41,017 nt of DNA from positions 1 to 41,017 of IMG/VR virus record IMGVR_UViG_3300037524_000965; one strand, written 5' to 3'. Below are positions 26,648-34,960 of this stretch, piece after piece. The notes beneath the pieces were generated by a model, which did no database searches, was not told where the DNA came from, and saw nothing but the letters and a program-made list of their open reading frames with translations. The translations under genes and the position numbers were made by a program. Position 1 is the stretch's first letter. Each line of letters starts with the position of its first letter. This DNA comes from a virus. Lineage: Duplodnaviria; Caudoviricetes.

Positions 26648-27367
26648 TCACACTCCCTTGAGCAGATCAGCCGCCTTGGCGAGCTTGATCTTATCATCAT
26701 GCTGCAGCTTGGCTGCCACCTCCTCAATCAGCTCGATGGCAGACTTGGCCTTGGGCTGCAGGAAGAAGTCCACCCACGGCATCACCTCGAGCACAGCAGC
26801 CTTCATGCCTGCCACCACAGCACCGTACTCGCTCTGGACCCGCAGGGAGTCGCGCTTCTGTGCCAGGTCAACCCATGCGCGCATGTTGTACTTGGCGATC
26901 AGGTTGCAGCAGATATTCATGGGCAGCAGACCGCGTGCGTCCTCAAGGCTCTCGCCGGCACCGACAGCAGCATTGTACTGCTCAAGCTCAGCGGACAGAA
27001 CCTTCTTGTAGGCTTCCTTGTTCTTGACGCTGTCAGGGATGTGGCAGGTGGCTGAGCCCATGTCAGTGACGCGCTGGCTCTGCATCGCGAACGAGGCCTG
27101 CCGGGTGCGCGTGATCTGCTGGGCACAGGCACGGCTGACATCATTGATGGCGAAGGTGAAGTCCACGAACTCCCACGAGCTAGGGATTGAGGTGGCCATG
27201 TAGGCCAGCTCCTTCTCGAGCTGGGCATGCGTCATCTGCATGAAGCGATCAAGACCCTCTGGCGTCATGTTCAGCCGGGTGTTCTTGGTGTAGGCCAAGA
27301 TCTTGGCTGCGTACAGCGGGTCTGTTGAACCCTTGCCAGTGTAGTCGATGAGTGCAACCTTAACCAT
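26648..27367 (-). CDS. thyX: Divergent flavin-dependent thymidylate synthase (ThyX-like)
   Basis: WEFVDFTF.I..VSRA..QQITRTR.ASF..QSQR, EDARGLLP, N.R and R....VQSE; RTR replaces the canonical RHR. Confidence 0.8.
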   Translation of the reverse strand: MVKVALIDYTGKGSTDPLYAAKILAYTKNTRLNMTPEGLDRFMQMTHAQLEKELAYMATSIPSSWEFVDFTFAINDVSRACAQQITRTRQASFAMQSQRVTDMGSATCHIPDSVKNKEAYKKVLSAELEQYNAAVGAGESLEDARGLLPMNICCNLIAKYNMRAWVDLAQKRDSLRVQSEYGAVVAGMKAAVLEVMPWVDFFLQPKAKSAIELIEEVAAKLQHDDKIKLAKAADLLKGV

Positions 27368-28322
27368 TCTTGGGCATCCTTCTGTCGTAGTCGTTGGACT
27401 TCATGAGACGTTCAATCTGCCGGATGTCGTTGATGAGATCATCAAGCAGCAGGCCTGGACGCCAGCAGGCATACCTGCCCAGCGAGTAGATGTTGAAGGT
27501 GTCAGTGAGCCAAGAGATCACACCCTTGCGCCAGTGGTCATCAATGGGCACAATCTTGGCGTACTGCTGCCGCTTGATGTCAATGGACTTGAGCATCACC
27601 CTGCCATCATCAACACCAATCAGGTCACAGATCGCTCTGATGGTGTCCATTGTGTTGCCAGGCTCAGGCGCGTAGTCAATGTACTCAGCCACCACCTCAT
27701 CGCCAGTGATCGTGATGCGTGTGGCATCAATGTTGCTGGGCGCATACAGCGAGGCATATGCGTCGCAGTTTTCAACCTTGAAGCGCAGGTTGTAGCCTGT
27801 GCTGTACTTGAAGGTCTGCTGCAGGAATGGCACAGTGTTGCTGCGCATTGCTGCCTTGATGATGCTGGTCATCGGAATGGTCGAGATGATCGGAGGATGA
27901 ACACCCTTGAACTTGGTGCGACGCTCGATCTCCTCTGCGATGTCCTGCTCATACTCAATGTTCAACCCATTGGCCAGCATTGGTATCAAGTTGGGCGGAG
28001 CGATGTAGCGTGTCACCAGCTCAGGGTTGATGGGCAGCGACCTGTCGGTGCGGTGCTCACCAGTTGCCCTGCGTGAGTATGTCATCATCGCTGCCAGCGG
28101 ATTGGGATAGTTGCTGTCGCTGGTCTTGAGCACCTGCACCTTGCGGAACTCGATGCCCAAGGCATTGCTCATTGCTTCGTTGCGGAAGCGCAGCACAGCT
28201 GAGTGGTTGTTGGGCAGAGAGCCTTGCAGCTCGCGCACCACAACCTTGCGCCTGTGCGACAACAGCGTGCCAGCAATCAGACCGCTGAGCCCTGCACCAT
28301 ACACTGCGATCTCGTCAGTCAT
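27360..28322 (-). CDS. FAD-dependent oxidoreductase (UDP-galactopyranose mutase / protoporphyrinogen oxidase-like fold)
   Basis: Rossmann IAVYGAGLSGL..G; IISTIP; C-terminal IYSLGRYACW..LLLDDLI, similar to the Glf GRLAEY..DM region. Confidence 0.75.
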   Translation of the reverse strand: MTDEIAVYGAGLSGLIAGTLLSHRRKVVVRELQGSLPNNHSAVLRFRNEAMSNALGIEFRKVQVLKTSDSNYPNPLAAMMTYSRRATGEHRTDRSLPINPELVTRYIAPPNLIPMLANGLNIEYEQDIAEEIERRTKFKGVHPPIISTIPMTSIIKAAMRSNTVPFLQQTFKYSTGYNLRFKVENCDAYASLYAPSNIDATRITITGDEVVAEYIDYAPEPGNTMDTIRAICDLIGVDDGRVMLKSIDIKRQQYAKIVPIDDHWRKGVISWLTDTFNIYSLGRYACWRPGLLLDDLINDIRQIERLMKSNDYDRRMPKNG

Positions 28323-28848
28323 CCTTGCCCTCCTTGATCTCGGCGACATTGCGTGCGTAAACACCCAGCAGCTCGAATGGCACCTCTTCGCCGGCCAGCA
28401 CCTTAGACTTCACAAAGGCCTGCAGGGTCTTGGCGTGCACACCTTCACGCTTGGCGTACATCTGGCCGTTCTCCTGCAGCATGTGCTCGACATTGACAGC
28501 CTCGTTGTGCTGGCTCTTGCCAAACGACAGCTCCAGCTGAGTCTTGATGATGTCCTCACCGTCGTTGTCAGCCAGCCACTTCAGAGCCTGCTCCCGAGCA
28601 GCCGGGTCAGATGGCAAACAGCCATCAACCTTAAACCGAAGCGCCAGCTTGCGGCCGGAAGAAGTCTCGAGAGACTTCAGCCCGAGCTCAGCCATGGTGT
28701 CAGGGATGGTGCGGGTGAGCAGCCCTAGCAATTCACCCTTGAGCTGGTACGACAGCTCCTCAAGGCTCTTGATGCGATCGCTGAGCTCAACGCACTGCTC
28801 TGCCATGCGCTGGAGAGATGCAAGCCTGTTGTCAGTCATGGCTGCCAT
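28315..28848 (-). CDS. Conserved-type phage replication-region protein
   Basis: IPD.M.E.GL...AL.WL.....EDIIK...VHAKTL.AFVK pattern of phage replication modules. Confidence 0.65.
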   Translation of the reverse strand: MAAMTDNRLASLQRMAEQCVELSDRIKSLEELSYQLKGELLGLLTRTIPDTMAELGLKSLETSSGRKLALRFKVDGCLPSDPAAREQALKWLADNDGEDIIKTQLELSFGKSQHNEAVNVEHMLQENGQMYAKREGVHAKTLQAFVKSKVLAGEEVPFELLGVYARNVAEIKEGKDD

Positions 28849-29209
28849 CCGGGAGTGCGTGGTAGCGCGGCTCGCTATCAGTTTCTTCCTGAAGAGCCTT
28901 CTTGGTCATCTCAGCCAGCGCGATGTGCCTTGCCGAGCGGCGCTCAAGACTCTCTTCAGACTCAGCCTTGAGCCTGCTGCGCATGATGCGTGCAGCATCT
29001 TCCCTGTGGCGCTCGCTCATCAGCTTGTTGCGCGCATCAAGGATGATGCTAAGCGTAGTGGCAGCTTGCCGAGAGATGGTTTCGTATCCCGAGACTGAGC
29101 GGATCATCCGGCCCAGCATCATGATGTCACGCTCGCTGAGCGGAACCATGACAAAGTCATCTCCATCGTTCTCAGCAAGGTGCACAGTGGCAGGTGGCAA
29201 CGTTCTCAT
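28832..29209 (-). CDS. Hypothetical protein
   Basis: GAGGTG RBS; overlaps with neighbouring genes. Confidence 0.6.
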   Translation of the reverse strand: MRTLPPATVHLAENDGDDFVMVPLSERDIMMLGRMIRSVSGYETISRQAATTLSIILDARNKLMSERHREDAARIMRSRLKAESEESLERRSARHIALAEMTKKALQEETDSEPRYHALPDGSHD

Positions 29210-29388
29210 TCGATCACCTCAAAGGTTTGGCGTGTTCCGTCATCCTTGTGGGGGTGAATCTCCTTCACCTCCCATCCTGGGTAAGTTGAGGACACCCACT
29301 GGGGGATGTCCTCCTGCTTCATTGCGCTGATCATCAACCACCGCCTGGATTGGTTGTTGGTGATGACCACATCGAAGAACTGCCGCAT
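29206..29388 (-). CDS. Hypothetical protein
   Basis: GAGGAGG RBS; coupled at both ends. Confidence 0.55.
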   Translation of the reverse strand: MRQFFDVVITNNQSRRWLMISAMKQEDIPQWVSSTYPGWEVKEIHPHKDDGTRQTFEVIE

Positions 29389-29768
29389 CATACCTCCTCT
29401 GGTTCGCTGGCCGGCAGCGAGATCTCGTCCTCAACCGAAGGCAGATCAAAGTCGCTCAGCTCGATCTCACTCCCGTGATCAAGGTTGAGCTGGAACTGAT
29501 CGCGCCACTCAGTGAACGCATATCCACGCTCGCTCTCCTGCCACTCCTCAGAGCGATTGTCGATGTACTCATCGATGGCAGTGTAGATGTTGTTGGCCCA
29601 CTCGTGCGCCTCGTCGATGATCTCGTTGATCTCGCTGAGCGCAGCGTTGTACTCAGCCACCTCGTCAGCGATCTTCTGGTGCTGGCGCTCCAGCTTGTCA
29701 TAAGCTTCCTGGTAGCGCTTGATGATGTCGTCGCGATCCTTGTGATCGCTGGCAGAGAGCTTCTTCAT
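29388..29768 (-). CDS. Acidic helical hypothetical protein
   Basis: AAAGGA RBS; first gene after promoter module 2; Y.DNRSEEWQESERG motif. Confidence 0.75.
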   Translation of the reverse strand: MKKLSASDHKDRDDIIKRYQEAYDKLERQHQKIADEVAEYNAALSEINEIIDEAHEWANNIYTAIDEYIDNRSEEWQESERGYAFTEWRDQFQLNLDHGSEIELSDFDLPSVEDEISLPASEPEEV

Positions 29769-29785
29769 GGTTCGTTCCTTTCATT

Positions 29786-29840
29786 GGAGCACCGCGCTCC
29801 GATAGCCACTATGGCTGAGTTGATGGAAGAAGTCAACAAT
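29786..29840 (-). promoter_or_regulatory. sigma70-like promoter plus conserved 5' hairpin (module 2)
   Basis: Minus strand TTGACT(29836-29831)-N17-CATAGT(29813-29808); hairpin GGAGC-GCGGT-GCTCC at 29800-29786. Confidence 0.8.
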
Positions 29841-29843
29841 CAA

Positions 29844-29969
29844 TTAGGCAAGCAGATACGCGACTGTCATCAGCACCAACCCCAAGAACCACAGGAAGAA
29901 CAGCACCGACAGCATGAACCCAAACAACAGGGCTGCAGCCTTGATGGTGTCAATCATGAACTTTTGCAT
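29844..29969 (-). CDS. 41-aa membrane peptide (not in the ORF track)
   Basis: MQKFMIDTIKAAALLFGFMLSVLFFLWFLGLVLMTVAYLLA; GGAGG RBS; TGATG coupling. Confidence 0.6.
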   Translation of the reverse strand: MQKFMIDTIKAAALLFGFMLSVLFFLWFLGLVLMTVAYLLA

Positions 29970-30199
29970 CACAGACCCTCCACCTGCTGGCGCATCGGCA
30001 GCTTGAGTGTGTTGTAGCGCACCATTGTGTTGTAGAGGCTGTTGGCATACTGGTAACCACTCAGCTTGTAGGCATTGCGCCTGCGCTTGACAAAGCCTTG
30101 CGCTTCAAGCAGTGCGTATGCTGTGCAGGCTCTGTCCTTAGTGCGGTAGAGCTTGACACACCACCGCATTGCATCGGTCTGATAGTGAAACGGCTTCAT
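29969..30199 (-). CDS. Basic hypothetical protein
   Basis: GAGGAGG RBS; coupled to neighbours. Confidence 0.6.
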   Translation of the reverse strand: MKPFHYQTDAMRWCVKLYRTKDRACTAYALLEAQGFVKRRRNAYKLSGYQYANSLYNTMVRYNTLKLPMRQQVEGL

Positions 30200-30408
30200 C
30201 ACTTAGTTCCTCCTCTTACCATTCGCTTGATCAGCGATTCAAAGTTGCGCATGCCACTGACTGATCTCGATGAGCACGACAGCACAACATTGCGTTGCGT
30301 GCCATCGGGCAGTTGAAGTGTCAACACACGGTGCTTGCGTTGACGCTCATTGATGATCCTGATGCCATAGCTCTTGATCACCTCGTCGTACTCGCTCTTG
30401 CGGATCAT
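30199..30408 (-). CDS. Small basic protein, possibly HicA-like / dsRBD-like fold
   Basis: helix-G-strand-KH-strand-PDG-strand-S.S.S..G..N-helix pattern; ATGA coupling. Confidence 0.45.
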   Translation of the reverse strand: MIRKSEYDEVIKSYGIRIINERQRKHRVLTLQLPDGTQRNVVLSCSSRSVSGMRNFESLIKRMVRGGTK

Positions 30409-30770
30409 TGGCACTTACCCATCGCCACACTTGTGTCGTAACCAGAGCCAAGTATCAGCGCACCAGATCCCTTGCCCCAAACGATCACGACATCCATTTT
30501 CCCAACGCCTGGAGCAGTGACAGAATAATCAACACGCTTCTGTCCTTTGTCATTGCGAAGCATCTGCACGCCTGTAGCGACGATGTTGTTGTTGTCTCCT
30601 CGCACTGTGCCATCTGAATGGTAAGAGGTCTTGATTGGGCGCAGGAGCTTCTGCTCACCATTTGAGTCCTTGCTGATGTACGTGCTAAACTGGCAAGTCA
30701 CAATTGGCTCAGCTGCTGCCGGCGATGTGAGCGCAGCCACTGCTGCGAGCAAGAGGATTGGGTTACGCAT
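30405..30770 (-). CDS. Secreted hypothetical protein
   Basis: Signal peptide MRNPILLLAAVAALTSPAAA-E; beta-rich mature part with Cys near both ends. Confidence 0.7.
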   Translation of the reverse strand: MRNPILLLAAVAALTSPAAAEPIVTCQFSTYISKDSNGEQKLLRPIKTSYHSDGTVRGDNNNIVATGVQMLRNDKGQKRVDYSVTAPGVGKMDVVIVWGKGSGALILGSGYDTSVAMGKCQ

Positions 30771-30987
30771 TGGGGTTGTTCCTGTTGCGGATGTGCCAGA
30801 TGACCTTGATCACGTTGAAGTGGATGGACGCAGCGACAAGGCCAGCAATGAAGATGAAGATGCCGAGCAGGCCACTCACAAAGATGCCAACAAACCAGCC
30901 CACAACGATGCCAACAAACATCCAGCCATCGCTAGCTGCCTTGGCACGCTCGTAGGCATCAACCCCAGACTCAATCTCGTCAACCAT
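30763..30987 (-). CDS. Small membrane protein (two TM segments)
   Basis: AAAGGGA RBS; long hydrophobic stretch; first gene after promoter module 3. Confidence 0.7.
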   Translation of the reverse strand: MVDEIESGVDAYERAKAASDGWMFVGIVVGWFVGIFVSGLLGIFIFIAGLVAASIHFNVIKVIWHIRNRNNPNA

Positions 30988-31005
30988 CTCAGTTCCCTTT
31001 CTTCA

Positions 31006-31066
31006 GGAGCACCATGCTCCGGGTCTATTAAGCGCCACATGGCGCAGTAAAGCAACAACTCTTTCA
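31006..31066 (-). promoter_or_regulatory. sigma70-like promoter plus conserved 5' hairpin (module 3)
   Basis: Minus strand AAAGAGTTG-TTGCTT(31055-31050)-N17-CTTAAT(31032-31027); hairpin GGAGC-ATGGT-GCTCC at 31020-31006. Confidence 0.8.
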
Positions 31067-31069
31067 AGG

Positions 31070-31104
31070 TGCCCCACGCCCAGCTGTTCAGGCTGTCGTG
31101 GGGC
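31070..31104. terminator. GC-rich stem-loop downstream of the SSB-like gene
   Basis: GCCCCACG...CGTGGGGC with inner CAGC/GCTG pairing; no clear U-tract. Confidence 0.45.
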
Positions 31105-31209
31105 TGCAGTCGCGTGAGTGGAGCTTAGCTGGGACTCACCACTGCCTGTCGGTGTTATTCGGGCTACCCCATGCTGCCCAGGACACCGCCGACTGGTCCC
31201 TTTAGCTCG

Positions 31210-31980
31210 TCAGAATGCCTCCTCGTCCTCGGCCACATGCGCCATCTGCGACTGCTTGCGTGCCAAGCCACCCTCGCACTGCTCGTAGAAGTCGCGTGCC
31301 TCCTGCAGCAGCTTGCCGGTCGGATCAGCTTCAAGCACCGTCTGACCAGGTGTGGTCTTCCATGCAGACCAGTCACCTGAGCTGTTGCTCACAGACACAG
31401 TGCTCAGCGTCCACACCTTGTAGAAGATCGGCGGGCGGAACTGCTTGCCCGACGAGGCCACAGCTGTCATGTTGGTGAGGCGCGTCATCAGCTGACGCGA
31501 GGACTTGAGTGCAGTGGAGGCCATCGGGATCATGGACCGCCGGCCACCAGCCGTCAGGTTCAGCACAGCCCACTGTGCCGACTCACTGATGATGTTGCCG
31601 TTGGGCAGGATGGGCCGACGCTTCTCATCGGGCACGGTCTGCTCAAGGACCGCGACATTGTCACCATGGTTCATCACCAGACCCTTGCCGCTGGCGCGCG
31701 GAGCCCACTCAAGGAACACTCGTGAGTAGTGGCACAGCACCACCTGGATCTCGTCCCAGACATCGCCATTTGCCACATCGCAAATCTGTCCTACGCTGGC
31801 TCCAGCGATGTACTCAGGGCGACCCTTGTTCAGCTGAGGCGACAAGCCCTGCAGAATCGTCAGGCGCGGCAGCAGGACGTCACGCGACGTGACATTCTCG
31901 AAGCCTGCACCTCCCATCTCTGCCAGCTGGTCAGCCAGCACCACTGCGTTGTTTTCAACCTTGGCTACGTTCTTGCTCAT
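31210..31980 (-). CDS. Putative single-stranded DNA-binding protein
   Basis: GFENV...D..LPRL.ILQ.LSPQ N-terminal motif; acidic-aromatic tail AEDEEAF; AAAGGA RBS. Confidence 0.65.
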   Translation of the reverse strand: MSKNVAKVENNAVVLADQLAEMGGAGFENVTSRDVLLPRLTILQGLSPQLNKGRPEYIAGASVGQICDVANGDVWDEIQVVLCHYSRVFLEWAPRASGKGLVMNHGDNVAVLEQTVPDEKRRPILPNGNIISESAQWAVLNLTAGGRRSMIPMASTALKSSRQLMTRLTNMTAVASSGKQFRPPIFYKVWTLSTVSVSNSSGDWSAWKTTPGQTVLEADPTGKLLQEARDFYEQCEGGLARKQSQMAHVAEDEEAF

Positions 31981-31997
31981 GTGCTTGGTTTCCTTTC

Positions 31998-32885
31998 TCA
32001 AGCTGCTTCTTCTTCAACATAGGCACCACCGTACTTCCTGATCATGTCCTCGATGAACTTGACAGGGTTGTCCCACACATCCTCCTTGTCGCTAAGGAAC
32101 AGCGCAGGAACATAAAGGACCTCGTCGTTGCCAGACATCTTCTTGATGATGTCGGAGGCATGCTTGGTCCAAGTCTGGTAGTTGTCGAGCGGCCAAGATC
32201 CAGCATGGCCACCTTCTGTGCTGTACAGCTGCTGGTTGATCAGCGAGTACATGATGCCGCGCGACACCGCAGCGTGTGTGAGCATGAAGTCGGCGCGAGC
32301 AAGATCAAGCGGCGCAGTGTCCAGCGTCACCCACGACATCAGTGCCATGTCGCTGCGGTGGTTGCCAAGCGCACAGCCAACGCGCAACGTCACAGGCCGC
32401 AGCGTGCTCAGCACGCGGGTGAGTGCCAGCAGCGCGATGCCACGCTTGCGGAGGACGTACTCAGCGACACCACCAGAGCTGGTCAGGTCGGCGTAGATGG
32501 TGAGCGGAGCCACCTGCGACAGATGGCGCTGCCGGCGACGCATGTTGAGCGGATTGCCCGCGAGGAAGGCACCAACGTTGGGCGCACCGCCACAGACGTC
32601 GTTGATGGTGCGGAAGGCAGTGGTCTTCTCGTGCTGGCGCTCCTCAAGCTTCGCGAGCAGCTTGTCGGTCTCAGCGACCGTGCGCACCAGGCCGCGACGC
32701 ACAGCGTTGCGCGCAGCTTCAACGTCGCCCAGACCATTGGCGTGCCAAGCTCCCCAGGTCTGAGGAGCCCAGTGGTTGATGGTGTCAGTGAAGTCTGACA
32801 TGTCGTGCCACAGCACCTGCCGGACCTCAATGGCGTTGCGGGTGACATCACCAGCGTCGAATTTGACCACAGACTTGATAGGCAT
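31998..32885 (-). CDS. vWA/MIDAS-like partner of the AAA+ ATPase
   Basis: DV.GG.PNV.AFLAG.P..MRR followed by TIYADLTSSGGV (MIDAS-like); AGGAG RBS before ATG 32885; adjacent to the AAA+ gene. Confidence 0.6.
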   Translation of the reverse strand: MPIKSVVKFDAGDVTRNAIEVRQVLWHDMSDFTDTINHWAPQTWGAWHANGLGDVEAARNAVRRGLVRTVAETDKLLAKLEERQHEKTTAFRTINDVCGGAPNVGAFLAGNPLNMRRRQRHLSQVAPLTIYADLTSSGGVAEYVLRKRGIALLALTRVLSTLRPVTLRVGCALGNHRSDMALMSWVTLDTAPLDLARADFMLTHAAVSRGIMYSLINQQLYSTEGGHAGSWPLDNYQTWTKHASDIIKKMSGNDEVLYVPALFLSDKEDVWDNPVKFIEDMIRKYGGAYVEEEAA

Positions 32886-32898
32886 CGGTATCTCCTGT

Positions 32899-32962
32899 GC
32901 CAGCACCACGCTGGCCATGCTAGTAAAGCTGATTCTGGCAACCAAGGCAACAAGAATTTTTG
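32899..32962 (-). promoter_or_regulatory. sigma70-like promoter plus conserved 5' hairpin (module 4)
   Basis: Minus strand CCAAAAATTCTTG-TTGCCT(32950-32945)-N17-TTTACT(32927-32922); hairpin GCCAGC-GTGGT-GCTGGC at 32915-32899. Confidence 0.8.
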
Positions 32963-32987
32963 GGGGATCCGGTTGTCCGAATCCCCC
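32962..32987. terminator. Stem-loop just downstream of the AAA+ gene
   Basis: Minus strand GGGGGATTCGG-acaa-CCGGATCCCCC; followed by the promoter A-tract rather than a U-tract. Confidence 0.5.
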
Positions 32988-32995
32988 GGATTTCC

Positions 32996-34501
32996 TCAGT
33001 TTTTGATGAGGTTGATCTGCTCCGGCGTCAGGCCAGAGAGGTAAGTGAGCTCAGCCGCGCGCTCGGCAGAGAAGCCAGCCGCCACCAGCGCAGCCCCAGC
33101 CACTGTGGCGCGGGGAGAGATGATGATCTTGAGCCCAGCCTTGCGTGCGGAGGCGCGTGCACGCTGCACCTGCTTGGCCCAGTCAGCGTTGCCGCACATG
33201 GCCGCCTCAAGAGCCTCGTCGTAGGCCCATGCCAGCTTGACAAAGCGGTCCAGGAAGGCGCCATCCAGCTTGGTGCGGCCGATGTAGTCGGCAGTGGCAC
33301 CCAGACCGTAGGTGTTGGCCGCGCCGAGGATGATGCAGTCCTTGTGGCGCTCAATCTGGTCGCCATTCGGCAGGCTCATGCCACCGTTGGCCAGCGCAGC
33401 ATTGAGCACCAGCAGGGCGGAGGCATCGCCCGAGTCGAGCTCGTCCAGCAGCACCACACCACCGTCGCGATAAGCCTTCACGAACGGGGTGTCGTGGTAG
33501 CGGCCATTGGCATCCACAAAGCCCACCAGCTCGTGCGGCATGCTCATCGCACCCTGAAGGTAGAAGCTGAGCCCCAGAGCCTTGGCAGCAGCGTGAGCAG
33601 CGTGGGTCTTGCCAGAGCCTGCCGGACCGGCCAGCCACACGTTGAGCGGATTGCCCGAGGCGGTGCGCGCAGCCATGATGGCCAGCAGCTCAGGGAACTG
33701 CTTGTGGTTGAGGCCAGCGAGCTCGGTGCGCTCCTCGGTGGCAGCGTTGAAGATGATCGTGCGACCCTGCTCCTTGGCCTGCTCGGCAGCGGCCCACGCA
33801 GTGGCGGTGGCGGCGGTCTGCTCAGCCAGCAGCTGCTCAAGTTGCTCGATGCGAGCGTTGTCGGTGGTGACGAACACCTCCACTTCCTTCTTCACTCCTT
33901 CGGTCTTGAGAGGCACGATGCGGTACACAGCCAGCGCAGTCATGCGCTTCTCGTCGGCCCAGTCGCGCAGCTGGCCGCGCACCACCGCAGCGATGTGCGC
34001 GTGGAAGACCATCAGGTACTTGTTGCCGTCCGACCATGCGCGGCGGAAGCGGCGCGGGTGCGTGGAGGTGATGGTGTTGAGCGACTTGTGCTCGCCCGGA
34101 TAGCGGCGGATCATCTCGCCGAACGGCACCTGCTCAGCGTCAAGACCCTCCTTGTGAAGCGCACGGATGATGCTCTGCAGCAGCGTGCCTTCGCCCTGTT
34201 GACGGCCAGTGACGTTGAGCAGACCCTGGCAGTAGGCGTAGTCCTTGGCGAGCACGTGGGCCAGAGCCTTGACGGCGCAGTCGTTGTCCTCGCCATGAGC
34301 TTCGCTCTGCTGGTCGATGGAGCGCTCTTCCTCGGTGGCAGCCTTGCGCGGCGCACGGACAAGGTTGTCGATCAGGCGCGACACCTCAGCGCGATCAACG
34401 TGCGCAGGAGTGTAGTTGTGCTCGCGCTTCGCCAGCAGGTCGAGCAGGTAGGTCTGCTGCTTCGGGGTGACGTCGGCGGCGAAGGTCCAGGTGGTGGTCA
34501 T
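32996..34501 (-). CDS. MoxR/CbbQ-like AAA+ ATPase with N-terminal putative papain-like peptidase domain (501 aa)
   Basis: Walker A GPAGSGKT, Walker B VLLDELD, AANT.G.G, LDGAFLDRF and SPRA; N-terminal NDCAVKALA...HIAAV..GQLRD; GGAG RBS before ATG 34501. Confidence 0.85.
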   Translation of the reverse strand: MTTTWTFAADVTPKQQTYLLDLLAKREHNYTPAHVDRAEVSRLIDNLVRAPRKAATEEERSIDQQSEAHGEDNDCAVKALAHVLAKDYAYCQGLLNVTGRQQGEGTLLQSIIRALHKEGLDAEQVPFGEMIRRYPGEHKSLNTITSTHPRRFRRAWSDGNKYLMVFHAHIAAVVRGQLRDWADEKRMTALAVYRIVPLKTEGVKKEVEVFVTTDNARIEQLEQLLAEQTAATATAWAAAEQAKEQGRTIIFNAATEERTELAGLNHKQFPELLAIMAARTASGNPLNVWLAGPAGSGKTHAAHAAAKALGLSFYLQGAMSMPHELVGFVDANGRYHDTPFVKAYRDGGVVLLDELDSGDASALLVLNAALANGGMSLPNGDQIERHKDCIILGAANTYGLGATADYIGRTKLDGAFLDRFVKLAWAYDEALEAAMCGNADWAKQVQRARASARKAGLKIIISPRATVAGAALVAAGFSAERAAELTYLSGLTPEQINLIKN

Positions 34502-34523
34502 TTGAGTCAGCTCCGGTTTGGGC

Positions 34524-34590
34524 GGTAGCACCGTGCTACCTGAGAGAGAGTAAACGCCAAATCGTGACAGGAGGCAACAACTATTTTTGG
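34524..34590 (-). promoter_or_regulatory. sigma70-like promoter plus conserved 5' hairpin (module 5)
   Basis: Minus strand CCAAAAATAGTTG-TTGCCT(34577-34572)-N17-TTTACT(34554-34549); hairpin GGTAGC-ACGGT-GCTACC at 34540-34524. Confidence 0.85.
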
Positions 34591-34602
34591 GTGGCTGGGG
34601 GA

Positions 34603-34941
34603 TCAATCCCCCAGCCCGATCCCCCACAGCTTGAGGTTGGCCAGCTGCGCGAAGTTGCGCGGCTCGTACGAGATCATGTTAGCCTTGTTGAAGCGGCCAG
34701 AGCGATCGTCGCGGCCGAAGTTGACGCTGATGTGGCCATCGCTCTGGAGGCGCACATGCGCCAGCCAGGGCTTGTTGGAGGTGACGTAGCGGCCCACAAA
34801 GCCAGCGAGGTACATGCCGTAGTCGGTGCGGTAGCAGCGCACCTGAGTGGGCTGACCCTTGATGATGACGGTGATCTCGCCGATCTCGTCGCCACGCTCG
34901 TTGCGGCCCAGCGGGAGGTAAGTGTCGAGGAGAGCCTTCAT
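34603..34941 (-). CDS. Hypothetical early protein (first gene of the leftward block)
   Basis: AAGGA RBS; flanked by promoter modules 5 and 6; a stem-loop overlaps its stop codon (34593-34616). Confidence 0.7.
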   Translation of the reverse strand: MKALLDTYLPLGRNERGDEIGEITVIIKGQPTQVRCYRTDYGMYLAGFVGRYVTSNKPWLAHVRLQSDGHISVNFGRDDRSGRFNKANMISYEPRNFAQLANLKLWGIGLGD

Positions 34942-34960
34942 TTTCCATTTCCTTCTGTCA

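Noticed and set aside
32960-34528. Long antisense ORFs (522 aa here; also 2685-3911, 1611-2387, 35586-36494, 27348-28076)
   Set aside because: They are shadows of GC-rich coding genes on the opposite strand, with no RBS, motifs or operon fit.
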